This document shows, in pieces, positions 1 to 9,452 of a DNA stretch of 64,000 nt; positions within the stretch are counted from its first letter, which is position 1; each line of letters begins with the position of its first letter. The DNA is from a virus (Duplodnaviria > Heunggongvirae > Uroviricota > Caudoviricetes). The stretch lies in the IMG/VR virus record IMGVR_UViG_3300037524_001291. The stretch is one strand, 5' to 3'. Under the pieces are notes generated by a model. It searched no databases, was not told where the DNA came from, and saw only the letters and a program-made list of their open reading frames with translations. A program made the position numbers and the translations under genes.

Positions 1-120
1 AGTTCTTTTAATACATTCCAAGCTTTTAGGGTTATATTATCAGGGTCTATATGACCACCACACAAACCTCTAAAATCTGCTTGTAAATTAACAGTTTCTC
101 CGTCTTGAACATAATAAAGC
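1..120 (-). CDS. N-terminal fragment (40 codons, ATG at 118-120) of an unidentified gene that runs off the window edge
   Basis: The minus strand translates as 'MLYYVQDGETVNLQADFRGLCGGHIDPDNITLKAWNVLKEL' with no stop before the window edge. I could not assign a family. Confidence 0.3.
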
Positions 121-289
121 ATAAAAAATCACTCTGCTACTTAAAATATGAACAAATATACCCATATCCAGAAAATTCCTTGTTCATCGTGCCTGTTCTC
201 ATATTATTTCTAATACTACTAACATTTGATATAACACTCCAAAGGCGTAAATTCCCATGTAACCCACGGTACATATATACAAAGCAATT
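121..289 (-). ncRNA. Candidate omega-RNA/right-end region of the tnpB element. It is non-coding and lies 3' of the tnpB stop.
   Basis: Inferred only from position. IS605-family TnpB guide RNAs derive from the 3' end of tnpB plus the right end of the element. This 170 nt lies between the tnpB stop (290-292) and the next ATG (120). A small hairpin is visible ('atgta..tacat'). Confidence 0.3.
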
Positions 290-1453
290 TTAAGAAGCTA
301 TTGTATATTCTTTTGCATTTTTCAAATTTATAGATGCATTCAAATCCCTATCTATCTCAAAACCACAATCATCACAAATGTATACTCTATCTGACAATTT
401 CAAATCTTTCTTAATATATCCACAACACGAACAAGTCTTGCTGCTTGGATACCATCGTGAAACGACTCTTAACTCTATATCATTAATTTTACATTTATTT
501 TCAAGTTTAGTTCTAAAATAGTAAAAATTTTGTTGTGCAACCGTTTTTGACAAATGCCTATTCCTCATCATTCCTTTAACATTCAAGTCTTCAATGGTTA
601 TATGTTTTGGTTTGGTTTTTACCAACTCACTAACCGTTGTATTGATATAATTTTGCCTAATGTTTTTAAGTGTTTGATGAAGCTTCTGGATTTTTAATAT
701 TTGTTTGTTTATATTTTTTGCAGAATCAGTAGCAACTCCTCTCTTCTTTTTATTATGATATTTTTTGCTTAATCGTCTCTGCTCACGCTTAAGTTTTCTT
801 TCTAGTTTCTTAACTCTCTTACTTTTATTTATGTTTTTCTTATTGATACCATTACTTACAATAGCGAACTTTTTAATTCCTAAGTCTATTCCAATTGGCT
901 CAGAGGAATTGTTGTTATTTTTAACAAACTCTTCTCTAATTAATACACTCACATAATATCTTCCTGCATTTTTTGAAATTGTACCGCTCACAACATCTGC
1001 ATTAATTGGAATATATCCTTTTTCTTTCAATTGAATAAATCCCAATGTTGGTATTTTAATTCTATGTCTATCAATAGTCCAATCTGTTTTATTGTTTTTA
1101 GGAAAGTAAGCCTTAACATTCGATTTACTTTTCTTTTTAAATCTAGGAAATTTACTTTGCCCTTTAAAAAATTTTTTGAAAGCTGTTTCTGCACTCATTA
1201 TTGCTTGCTTTACAGCTTTACTTCCAACTTCTTTAATCCAGCTAAATTCAAGATTATTCGGAATAAATTCATTGTTAAGCCATTTAGAAAAACCCATACC
1301 TGATACAAATCTTTTTTCTTTCTCATATATTTCTTTATTATGTGCTAAGTAGAAGTTATAAATGAATCTACATACACCAATGGTTTGATGAATTATTCGT
1401 CTTTGTTCTTCTGTGGGATTAATTTCTGTTTTATATGCTCTAAACAACAGCAT
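290..1453 (-). CDS. tnpB: IS200/IS605-family TnpB (OrfB) RNA-guided endonuclease, with RuvC-I/II/III motifs and a zinc finger intact
   Basis: The 388-aa ORF carries the hallmark motifs: 'EINPTEEQ' N-terminus, 'FKGQSKFPRFKKK', RuvC-I 'IGIDLGIK', RuvC-II 'ITIEDLNVKGM', zinc finger 'CSCCG...CDDCG', and RuvC-III 'DRDLNASINL'. The likely ATG is at 1451-1453 (the track starts at the GTG at 1456). The start overlaps the stop of the upstream ORF as TGATG. No tnpA is nearby. Confidence 0.9.
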   Translation of the reverse strand: MLLFRAYKTEINPTEEQRRIIHQTIGVCRFIYNFYLAHNKEIYEKEKRFVSGMGFSKWLNNEFIPNNLEFSWIKEVGSKAVKQAIMSAETAFKKFFKGQSKFPRFKKKSKSNVKAYFPKNNKTDWTIDRHRIKIPTLGFIQLKEKGYIPINADVVSGTISKNAGRYYVSVLIREEFVKNNNNSSEPIGIDLGIKKFAIVSNGINKKNINKSKRVKKLERKLKREQRRLSKKYHNKKKRGVATDSAKNINKQILKIQKLHQTLKNIRQNYINTTVSELVKTKPKHITIEDLNVKGMMRNRHLSKTVAQQNFYYFRTKLENKCKINDIELRVVSRWYPSSKTCSCCGYIKKDLKLSDRVYICDDCGFEIDRDLNASINLKNAKEYTIAS

Positions 1454-4400
1454 CACTCTCCTTCGGGTGGAATAAAGTCTCTTCTTATAGAGGTTTTTCC
1501 TGTTCTTCTTATACTTGCGGCATTACCTCTTCGTACTTCTGGAATGTCCATTTTTCCATCCCTTCTTGTACTAGCAGCATTACCTCTACGCATATGAGGT
1601 GTTAAGTTAAAATTCTCATTATATCCAAGACCGAAATAGCTTAATCTTAGGTTTATATAGATAATACTTATATAAGAATTTACTTCCTTATATGCTCTCA
1701 TTTCTTTTGCTACTTTGCTAAATATAGTATCTATATAAGCATTGAATTCTCTTTGTCCTTCTCCCTTACGATATAATGTAGAATAGATTTCATCTAAATA
1801 AGAAGTAGATTCTCTATTTCCTATACCTAATCTTAAAGCATTTGAGTATATTTCATTGAGATAAGAAGTTGATTCTCTAGTTCCTATTCCTAATCTTAAG
1901 GCATTAGAGTATATCTCATTAATATAAGAGGTAGCTTCTCTTGTTCCTATACCTAATCTTAATATATTTGAGTAGATTTCATCTATAGAGGATGTTATTG
2001 TTTTATTAACTATTATTCTTCTTCCTATAGCAGAAAATATATCATTTATAAATGAATTTATATCCCTAATACCACTACCATATCTATCTACAGTAGTATA
2101 TACCTCACTTACATATGAAGTAACATCTCTATTCAAAGTAACAATTTTACCCACAGATGCAAATATTGTATCTAAATAAGCATTTATATCTCGATTTCCA
2201 TTACCCTGACGTAAAGCATCAGAATAAACACCACCAACAAAGGAATTAAAATCTCTTACCCCTATACCCTGTCTCAAAATATCGGAATATATTAAATCTA
2301 CATACCCATTAACATCTCTATGGAGCTGTACTTCTCTAAAATCAGAACTAAAAATAGTATTGATGTATGAGGTAACACCCCTAGTTAGGGATATTTCTTT
2401 GTACAAATTACCGTATATTTCACTGATATATGAGTTAGGTTCTCTTGTTCCAGTACCTAACCTTAATATATTTGAGTAAATCTCATTAGTATAAGAATTA
2501 ACTCCTCTAATTAAATGTGCTTCTTTATATACACTCGACAAAATCAAATCTACCCAAGAAACTCCTTCCCTTAACCCCCCACCTGGTCTTAATATACTTG
2601 AATATATCTCATTAATATATGAAATTGATTCCCTTGTTCCTATTCCATATCTTAATACACTAGAATATATCTCATTAAGATAGGAAGTTGATTCTCTTGT
2701 TCCTACACCAAATCTTAATATATTTGAGTAGATTTCATTAATATATGAAGTTGATTCTCTAGTTCCTATTCCTAACCTTAATACATTAGAGTAAATTTCA
2801 TTAAGATAAGAGGTAGCTTCTCTTGTTCCTATTCCTAACCTTAGTACATTAGAGTAAATTTCATTGATATATGAGGTAACACTCCTAGTTAGGGATACTT
2901 CTTTATATAAATCACCGTACAACTCATCTATATAAGAGGTAGCTTCTCTTGTTCCTATTCCAAATCTTAATACATTAGAGTAGATTTCATTGAGATAAGA
3001 AGTAGATTCTCTATCTCCTATACCTAATCTTAATACATTAGAGTAGATTTCATTGAGATAGGAAGTTGATTCTCTAGTTCCTATTCCATATCTTAATATA
3101 TTTGAGTAAATCTCATTAATATAAGAGGTAGCTTCTCTACTCCCACTACCCAATCTTAATACATTTAAGTAGATTTCATTAATATATGAATTAGGTTCTC
3201 TTGTTCCTTCACCTAATCTTAAAGCATTAGAGTAAATTTCATTGATATATGAGGTAACACTCCTATTTATAGATATTTCTTTATATAAATCACCATACAA
3301 TTCATCTATATATGAAGTTGATTCTCTTGTTCCTGCACCCAATCTTAAGGCATTAGAGTAGATTTCATTAATATATGAATTAGGTTCTCTAGTTCCTATT
3401 CCTAACCTTAATACATTAGAGTAAATTTCATTGATATATGAGGTAACACTTCTATTTATAGATATTTCTTTATATAAATCACCATACAATTCATCTATAT
3501 AAGAGTTAGGTTCTCTTGTTCCTGTACCATATCTTAATACACTAGAATATATCTCATTAATATATGAGGTAACATTCCTAGTTAGAGATATTTCTTTGTA
3601 TAAATTACTATGTATTTCATTGATATATGAATTAGATTCTCTTGTTCCAGTACCTAACCTTAATATATTTGAGTAAATCTCATTAGTATAAGAATTAATA
3701 CCTCTTGTTAGGGACACATTTTTATACACACTCGACAAAATTAAATCTATATAAGAAACTCCCTCTCTCAAACCTATTCCTGGTCTTAATATATTGGAAT
3801 ATATTTCATTAATATATGAAGTTGACTCCCTTGTCCCAATTCCAAATCTTAAAGCATTAGAATATAATTCATTAAGATAAGATAAAGGTTCTCTTGTTCC
3901 TATACCTAATCTTAATATATTTGAATAAATTTCATTGATATATGAAGTTAATTCTCTAGTTCCTATACCTAATCTTAATATATTTGAATAAATTTCATTG
4001 ATATATGAATTAACACTCCGAGTTAGAAATATTTCTTTATATAAGTCACTATATATTTCATCTATATACGAGGTAGGTTCTCTTGTTCCTTCAAAGACTC
4101 TTAAGATATTAGGTATTGAAGGGGATAAAGCTCCAATAAGAGGTACATCTCCAATGAAAGTTTTAGTAAAGTATCCTACCTCATAAAAGTATTGGTCTGT
4201 GTCTGTTTTATATCCTTGTGAAATTCTGTTTACATCCACCCCAACAGGAATAAACTCATGACCACCAATACCAGTATTTAACTCGGAAGTAGATCCTAAA
4301 GGTCTTAGTTCTAATTTATTGGTAGATGTAGATAATGCTTCTATGATATGACCTATAGCACCTGTTTCTTGAGGGTCATTAGGAGAAGTGTTAACTATGG

Positions 4401-5073
4401 GAGTTAAACTGTTCCATGAGCTTTGTGCGTTAGGGGATTTATTTATGGCATTTGTATAAAAATAAACACCTGATTTAATGTATCCTCTAAGGAAGAAGTC
4501 TACATTTGTGTTACTTATATAACCCTGCAATATTTTATTTTCATCTACTCCAATGAATCCAGAAGCATGTCTACTTAGGGTAGCAAATCTATTATCAGTA
4601 GACCCTTTTTTTCTAACTCCAAAAGTATAGGTACTAGATACAGAAGCTACAACATCAAATAATACAGCTAAAGGAGTATCATTTCCTACCACATCATCTG
4701 TTATATCTATATCTATCCAACTATCTGTAGAAGATAGAGATTTATTAGGGGAATCTATAAAGAAAACAGCTTCATCTTCAAAGTATCCTATTAAGTATAC
4801 ATATAGGTTATCTGAATCTAAGTTAATTTGTAGTATTTTATTAGCATCTACTCCAACATAATCATAGCTTCGTGTACCAGAAGTAATCAAAGTTATTCTA
4901 GTATCAGTAGATCCTTTCATTCTAGCTCCATAACTTTGGGGAGTTGTAACAGAACCTATTAAAAGCATAACACCAGAACATTTTGAATTAACATAGCTAG
5001 AGACATCAACATCAGTCCAAGAATTAAGACTTACAGGAGTTATAGTTATAGGCTCTGTAAAAAATTTTGCCAT
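1453..5073 (-). CDS. Large 1206-aa repeat protein with an N-terminal region of three related ~110-aa domains, then about 38 tandem 21-aa repeats, and an Arg-rich C-terminal tail. Probably a structural or host-interaction protein.
   Basis: The track ORF has the unit 'SYINEIYSNILRLGIGTRExT' repeated about 38 times, alternating with a variant 'SYIDELYGDLYKEISLTRxVT'. The N-terminus has three copies of an 'SW(T/I)D(V/I)D...KGSTD.R...GVD.NKILQ' domain. The C-terminus reads 'RRGNAASTRRDGK...RRGNAASIRRTGK'. Confidence 0.75.
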   Translation of the reverse strand: MAKFFTEPITITPVSLNSWTDVDVSSYVNSKCSGVMLLIGSVTTPQSYGARMKGSTDTRITLITSGTRSYDYVGVDANKILQINLDSDNLYVYLIGYFEDEAVFFIDSPNKSLSSTDSWIDIDITDDVVGNDTPLAVLFDVVASVSSTYTFGVRKKGSTDNRFATLSRHASGFIGVDENKILQGYISNTNVDFFLRGYIKSGVYFYTNAINKSPNAQSSWNSLTPIVNTSPNDPQETGAIGHIIEALSTSTNKLELRPLGSTSELNTGIGGHEFIPVGVDVNRISQGYKTDTDQYFYEVGYFTKTFIGDVPLIGALSPSIPNILRVFEGTREPTSYIDEIYSDLYKEIFLTRSVNSYINEIYSNILRLGIGTRELTSYINEIYSNILRLGIGTREPLSYLNELYSNALRFGIGTRESTSYINEIYSNILRPGIGLREGVSYIDLILSSVYKNVSLTRGINSYTNEIYSNILRLGTGTRESNSYINEIHSNLYKEISLTRNVTSYINEIYSSVLRYGTGTREPNSYIDELYGDLYKEISINRSVTSYINEIYSNVLRLGIGTREPNSYINEIYSNALRLGAGTRESTSYIDELYGDLYKEISINRSVTSYINEIYSNALRLGEGTREPNSYINEIYLNVLRLGSGSREATSYINEIYSNILRYGIGTRESTSYLNEIYSNVLRLGIGDRESTSYLNEIYSNVLRFGIGTREATSYIDELYGDLYKEVSLTRSVTSYINEIYSNVLRLGIGTREATSYLNEIYSNVLRLGIGTRESTSYINEIYSNILRFGVGTRESTSYLNEIYSSVLRYGIGTRESISYINEIYSSILRPGGGLREGVSWVDLILSSVYKEAHLIRGVNSYTNEIYSNILRLGTGTREPNSYISEIYGNLYKEISLTRGVTSYINTIFSSDFREVQLHRDVNGYVDLIYSDILRQGIGVRDFNSFVGGVYSDALRQGNGNRDINAYLDTIFASVGKIVTLNRDVTSYVSEVYTTVDRYGSGIRDINSFINDIFSAIGRRIIVNKTITSSIDEIYSNILRLGIGTREATSYINEIYSNALRLGIGTRESTSYLNEIYSNALRLGIGNRESTSYLDEIYSTLYRKGEGQREFNAYIDTIFSKVAKEMRAYKEVNSYISIIYINLRLSYFGLGYNENFNLTPHMRRGNAASTRRDGKMDIPEVRRGNAASIRRTGKTSIRRDFIPPEGE
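1623..4071 (-). repeat. Tandem array of about 38 units of 63 bp, forming the coding repeats of the 1206-aa protein
   Basis: A 63-nt periodicity is visible in the DNA (e.g. the recurring 'aatttcattgatatatgaggtaac...tcttgttcctattcctaatcttaatacattagagta'). The boundaries were estimated from the protein repeat positions. Confidence 0.7.
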
Positions 5074-5143
5074 TCTCTATATACTGCTACCTATTATCTA
5101 AATAGCTCTCTCCCTTCTTAATATTTTAAGACTTTTAATAGGG

Positions 5144-5473
5144 TTAGTATTCTTCTATACTATTATCTTCTTCTTTTATACTATCTTCTTCTGAAAAGTA
5201 TAATTTTATCTCACTTAGGTTAAAGTACTCTAATCTATCTATAAGTTCACCATCATACACTAGTCTAATACCTAATAAAACATCTTTGTTAGGTAATTCA
5301 ATGGCTTCTTCAATTTTTCCATAACTATAAAAAGTATCAGTAAACTCAGATTGGTCTCTCCATTTCTGTTCTATTTCATAGGGAGTGTAACCCCTCTTAT
5401 ACACTAAAAATCTAAATATTCTATCACTATTATCTAATAAAAATGTACTTAAATCAGTAACCATATATCTCAC
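5144..5473 (-). CDS. Hypothetical protein, 109 aa
   Basis: The ORF follows the upstream gene tightly. I could not recognise a family. Confidence 0.4.
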   Translation of the reverse strand: MRYMVTDLSTFLLDNSDRIFRFLVYKRGYTPYEIEQKWRDQSEFTDTFYSYGKIEEAIELPNKDVLLGIRLVYDGELIDRLEYFNLSEIKLYFSEEDSIKEEDNSIEEY

Positions 5474-5477
5474 TCCC

Positions 5478-6737
5478 TTATTTTGTGTAGGTAGTTCTTG
5501 AACCTAATGTATCCACAGGAACGTGTAGTGCTACTTGATATAGTATAGCTGGGTCAGGGTGTGTGTCTCCTGCATTTGAGGGGTCTCTTGTTATATTAAA
5601 TTCTATTAAATCTCCAATAGTCCAACCACCACTCGGTATTGCTAGGTTATCACTACTTAATAAGTTCCAACCAGCATTATTTTGAGTTATATTCCTTGTT
5701 ATCTCTATAGGTGTCTGTGACTGTGCGTTACTATTGACTCTATTTTGACACCAGTTAATAACCCACCTAATTATTCCAGTATTAAATCCAGATGGTGCAA
5801 AGTGTATGTGTATCTCTAAAGGCAGAGTCCCTGCGTTAACTTGTGCCACAGCCATATCGTGAGGTATCTCAAAGCTAGCACACAACGTATTTACAGTAGC
5901 AGTTCCATTAAATGCATACTTTCTAGTGCTTACACCACCTACAGATACAGTAGCTAATGTAGCAGGACCTGAGGATGGAGTTAACCATTGTGAAGGGTAC
6001 TCGTCCCGATAACAAATAGCTCCTCCAACAGCTACCATTGTTCCATCGGCTTCAAACTTCGTATAATCTGTAGTTGTGCCATAAAACCCATAAGTACCAG
6101 CTACTCCAACCCATCTAGTATCACCACCAGAAACTGTGGTCACAACCATTTTATCATCAGCAACTAGGGCACTTCCCGCTGTTAAAAATCTGTATACTGT
6201 ACTTGTTTCGATACAAGTAATAATTTGCCCTTCTGTGGCTGATAGAGCTTTAAGTGCTACAAGAGTTGCTACAGACGTTGCTCCAGTAGATGATGTGTTT
6301 ATGCTGTACTTCCCACTCATACCTATCCATCTAGTATTCCCGCCATTACCAGTAATTAAGATACTCGTATCATTGGCAGTATACGCACTACCTAGCGTTA
6401 AATACCTATAGGTAGTTTCAGTTTCTATACAAGTGCAGAGGTCTCCTTCTACCTGTGCAGTAAGAGACTTAATAAGCGATAGAGTAGATACTGTTGGTGT
6501 AAAGATTGCGTTAATATTATACTTTCCACCTATCCCAATCCAACGAGTATTACCACCATCAGCAGTAGTCAACACAAATTTATCATCTGCCGTATACGCA
6601 CTACCTGATGCAATATATCTGTATATAGTATTGTTATCACGAGTTAAGCATATTTGCCCTTCTGTCATTTCCGTAACAGTTTTCAAAGATGCTATTGTAG
6701 ATAGCGTTAAGTTCTGTATATGTGACTGTTTATGCAT
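5478..6737 (-). CDS. Fiber-like or receptor-binding-like protein with three internal ~100-aa repeats
   Basis: The motif 'YRY(L/I)..GSAYTA(D/N)D...L.T..GGNTRWIG..GKY.IN' occurs three times. The same motif occurs once at the N-terminus of the next gene (7011-8543). Confidence 0.5.
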   Translation of the reverse strand: MHKQSHIQNLTLSTIASLKTVTEMTEGQICLTRDNNTIYRYIASGSAYTADDKFVLTTADGGNTRWIGIGGKYNINAIFTPTVSTLSLIKSLTAQVEGDLCTCIETETTYRYLTLGSAYTANDTSILITGNGGNTRWIGMSGKYSINTSSTGATSVATLVALKALSATEGQIITCIETSTVYRFLTAGSALVADDKMVVTTVSGGDTRWVGVAGTYGFYGTTTDYTKFEADGTMVAVGGAICYRDEYPSQWLTPSSGPATLATVSVGGVSTRKYAFNGTATVNTLCASFEIPHDMAVAQVNAGTLPLEIHIHFAPSGFNTGIIRWVINWCQNRVNSNAQSQTPIEITRNITQNNAGWNLLSSDNLAIPSGGWTIGDLIEFNITRDPSNAGDTHPDPAILYQVALHVPVDTLGSRTTYTK

Positions 6738-7033
6738 TATTCAATCACCTCTTCATCTATATTATATAATGATTGTCTCTCCCTCGCCTTTGCCATTGGG
6801 TCGTAGGGTTCGGACAAAGGTTCTATCTCTTTATCAGGATGCAAGGCTTGTGCATCTTCAAGACTATCCACAATAGTAATTGAGCAGTTCTCGCAGGAAG
6901 CCACTATCTGATTTGGCAATACTTCTACAAGTCTACCTCTGTCAAATACACTATTGAATAATAGTGCTATTTGTGTGCTTTCGGTTTCATTCTTATAATC
7001 GTTTATCATTCTAAGCCTCCAATCCATTATCAA
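6737..7033 (-). CDS. Hypothetical protein, 98 aa
   Basis: The ORF is tightly packed between two fiber-like genes. Confidence 0.4.
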   Translation of the reverse strand: MIMDWRLRMINDYKNETESTQIALLFNSVFDRGRLVEVLPNQIVASCENCSITIVDSLEDAQALHPDKEIEPLSEPYDPMAKARERQSLYNIDEEVIE

Positions 7034-8543
7034 GAAATACCCAACTGAACGTGGATATAATATAGTTCTTTGCTGTTTGCCCTGCTAAGTTATACTTACT
7101 ACTTCCCATGTTGCAAGTAACCCCAGTCTGCAATGAAAGAGTCGCCCAATATATCAGAGCATTAGAGTACTCAGTGGTGTTAATGGTTGAGTTCTTAGCA
7201 AAGTCGGTCATGTTAGTACACGCTGATACATTCATAGAAGCGAGTCCTACACTTGTTAAGTTTGGACAAGCCTCAAAGCATGACCGCAAGGTAGTTACAT
7301 TGCTAAAATCAATAGGCGATAAGTCAATAGTAACGAGGGAAGTACAACCATAAAACTCATACGAGAAGTAAAGTATTGACGATAAGTCTATGCCAGTAAA
7401 GTCAATTGTAGTAAGGTCTGCGCAACCGTAGAAAGCCCCTTGCAAAGAGTCTAGTGCCGAGAAGTCGCTATTGCTTAAATCTACAGTAACCAACCCACTC
7501 TCCGAATATGCTGAGTACTGATACAAGAGAGAACTGAAGTCTAGTCCCGATAAATCTAATTCTGTTAAGTTCGGGCAACTTGCAAAGGTAGTACTCATAT
7601 CTTCTATTATCGCTGTGTTTAATACGCTTAAATCTATGCTTGTAACTCCCGAAAGATAGAACAATCCTGCAATTGAAGTTAGAGAGTTGTTGTAAAATGG
7701 CGTTAGGTCTACTGTAGGTAGGTTGGCGCAATCCGAAAACACATTAACGAGGCTAGCTATATTTTGCAAATTTAGTGCATTATTAAAATCTACACTTGTT
7801 AAGTTCGGACAACTCTCAAAAGTGCTAGATATTACAGTAACCGCTCTAAAATCCCATCCTGCAAAATTAAAGGAGGTTATGGCTGTTCCAGAAAATACTG
7901 AAGATAAAGTCCCGTTTATCATTGGAACATTAACTCCGTTGTTGACAATAGAGGTAAGGTTCGTACAACCCCTAAAATCTCTTGAGGTCGCAAACATCCC
8001 ATAGTTAACCCCGAAGCTTTCTACAGTTAGGTATTTTAGTTTATCGCCTGAGTTGTTGGTGTATAGTCCCTTAAATATTCCTACAACTCTAATCTTATAT
8101 ATTCCTTCCTCTGCATAGGTGTGCGTTAAGTCTGCATCATTATAAACAGCTATTAAGTTTTGTGTTCCATCACCCCAACTAACGTAAAAGTGAAAAAGCC
8201 CTGTTGAAATTAATGTCAACTTAAACTGTGTGCTTGTACTTGACCCTGTGCTTGTCTTAGTTGTATCTACAGTAATAACAAAGCCATTGGACTGGTAGTC
8301 CATTCTCGCCATTTCTAGCGAGTAACTTCCTGCTATTCCAACCCATCTGCTAGTTCCACCATCTCCAGTAGTTAGTATATACTTATCATCGGAATAGTTT
8401 GTTAGGTCTGTATAATTTGATACATATTTATATAGGGTATCTGTTTCCGAGCAGAAACTTAGTATATCGTCCCTTGCACTTGTAGCCCTAATCTCAGTTA
8501 GGGTTGCATATGTTAAGTGTTTTATGGCTCTTTGATTAATCAT
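7011..8543 (-). CDS. Fiber/adhesin-like protein carrying BspA-type leucine-rich repeats
   Basis: The N-terminus has 'DDKYILTTGDGGTSRWVGIAGSYS', shared with 5478-6737. Then follows 'WGDGTQNLIAVYNDADLTHTY', then repeated 'F..C.NLTS(V/I)D(L/F)...' units typical of BspA-family LRRs. The architecture matches modules of the 2016-aa fiber. Confidence 0.6.
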   Translation of the reverse strand: MINQRAIKHLTYATLTEIRATSARDDILSFCSETDTLYKYVSNYTDLTNYSDDKYILTTGDGGTSRWVGIAGSYSLEMARMDYQSNGFVITVDTTKTSTGSSTSTQFKLTLISTGLFHFYVSWGDGTQNLIAVYNDADLTHTYAEEGIYKIRVVGIFKGLYTNNSGDKLKYLTVESFGVNYGMFATSRDFRGCTNLTSIVNNGVNVPMINGTLSSVFSGTAITSFNFAGWDFRAVTVISSTFESCPNLTSVDFNNALNLQNIASLVNVFSDCANLPTVDLTPFYNNSLTSIAGLFYLSGVTSIDLSVLNTAIIEDMSTTFASCPNLTELDLSGLDFSSLLYQYSAYSESGLVTVDLSNSDFSALDSLQGAFYGCADLTTIDFTGIDLSSILYFSYEFYGCTSLVTIDLSPIDFSNVTTLRSCFEACPNLTSVGLASMNVSACTNMTDFAKNSTINTTEYSNALIYWATLSLQTGVTCNMGSSKYNLAGQTAKNYIISTFSWVFLDNGLEA

Positions 8544-8555
8544 CTACAACCCTCC

Positions 8556-9317
8556 TTAAGGTATTATTCTTTCTATTTCAAAATAATCTCCTACATCCAA
8601 AGCAAATGAGAAATGCCCCGAATCTATAGAATCCCAAATAAACTCTGTACCTTTAATTTGTTGTACACCATTAAGAAGTATTTTACATGTATTATCAGAA
8701 TCCATAAGTAAAGCACTTGTAGGTAATACAACAGTGTCTCCAGATACTGTTGTGACTCCAGCAGTATCCCCTAAACCTGTTGAAATAGTTATAACTTCAT
8801 TAGGTATATAGGGTGTGGTTACAAGAAATTTACGGACATTGGGAAACTTCTGACTATAAGCACCTATAAGGTCTATGATATCTTGTATAATTAAAATCAC
8901 ATTATCATTCCAAATTAGTGAGAAATCACTTTCTGAAGAGGTATAATTCCTTCCAAAGTCCACATAAGCTATTAATGGTTTGATATTATCTGTAGCAGGA
9001 AAGTCATCATAAATAACGGCATAACGAGCTGTTATACTACTATCATCCCATGTAACATTATCAGCTCCCAAAGATATTGTATTAGTAGGGGCATCATAAT
9101 TAAGAAATTTATTTGTTAGGGTTATTCCTCCTGTGGTGTATCCATCCCCACTTGCCACCTCGTGACTTCTTACAGAGGAAAGATAGACATGTAAATCTTC
9201 ATCAGGAGTGTAAGTATCTTTTACAAGCATAATCTTTATATTTTCGGTAAGGTAGGATATTTCTTTACTAAGTGATTTAATAAAAAAATTTCCATAAGCT
9301 TTTCCAGAAAGAGCCAT
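8556..9317 (-). CDS. Hypothetical (structural?) protein, 253 aa
   Basis: The upstream region has an RBS 'ggagg' and a promoter-like 'tagtttatatataag'. I found no family match. Confidence 0.45.
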   Translation of the reverse strand: MALSGKAYGNFFIKSLSKEISYLTENIKIMLVKDTYTPDEDLHVYLSSVRSHEVASGDGYTTGGITLTNKFLNYDAPTNTISLGADNVTWDDSSITARYAVIYDDFPATDNIKPLIAYVDFGRNYTSSESDFSLIWNDNVILIIQDIIDLIGAYSQKFPNVRKFLVTTPYIPNEVITISTGLGDTAGVTTVSGDTVVLPTSALLMDSDNTCKILLNGVQQIKGTEFIWDSIDSGHFSFALDVGDYFEIERIIP

Positions 9318-9452
9318 AAAAATAAAACCTCCAAACTAATAGTACCTTTATGCTTATATATAAACTACCCTACAATATATTAATATGAGTTAAACTGAAA
9401 AAGGAGGAACTTTTAAAAGTCCCCCCCAAAACATCCTAACACTAAAAAATAG

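Larger units (their letters stand above)
121..1620 (-). mobile_element. Putative tnpB-only IS200/IS605-like (IS1341-type) element. The ends are not defined.
   Basis: A TnpB CDS is present without a TnpA. I could not identify canonical left-end or right-end subterminal hairpins. The extent given here is a guess. The element could also be a domesticated tnpB. Confidence 0.35.

Noticed and set aside
105-293. Plus-strand 62-aa ORF in the region 3' of tnpB
   Set aside because: It lies on the opposite strand from all genes, has a low-complexity hydrophobic translation, and overlaps the expected tnpB right-end RNA region. It is most likely not coding.
290-1456. A TldR-like nuclease-dead TnpB repressor
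   Set aside because: The RuvC D/E/D residues and the zinc-finger cysteines all appear intact. Nothing indicates catalytic inactivation, although domestication cannot be excluded from position alone.
1453-5073. Diversity-generating retroelement target (a highly repetitive C-terminal region next to a mobile element)
   Set aside because: No reverse transcriptase gene and no template-repeat/variable-repeat pair with adenine-specific mismatches are visible. The adjacent mobile gene is a TnpB, not an RT. The variability is of the tandem-repeat type.
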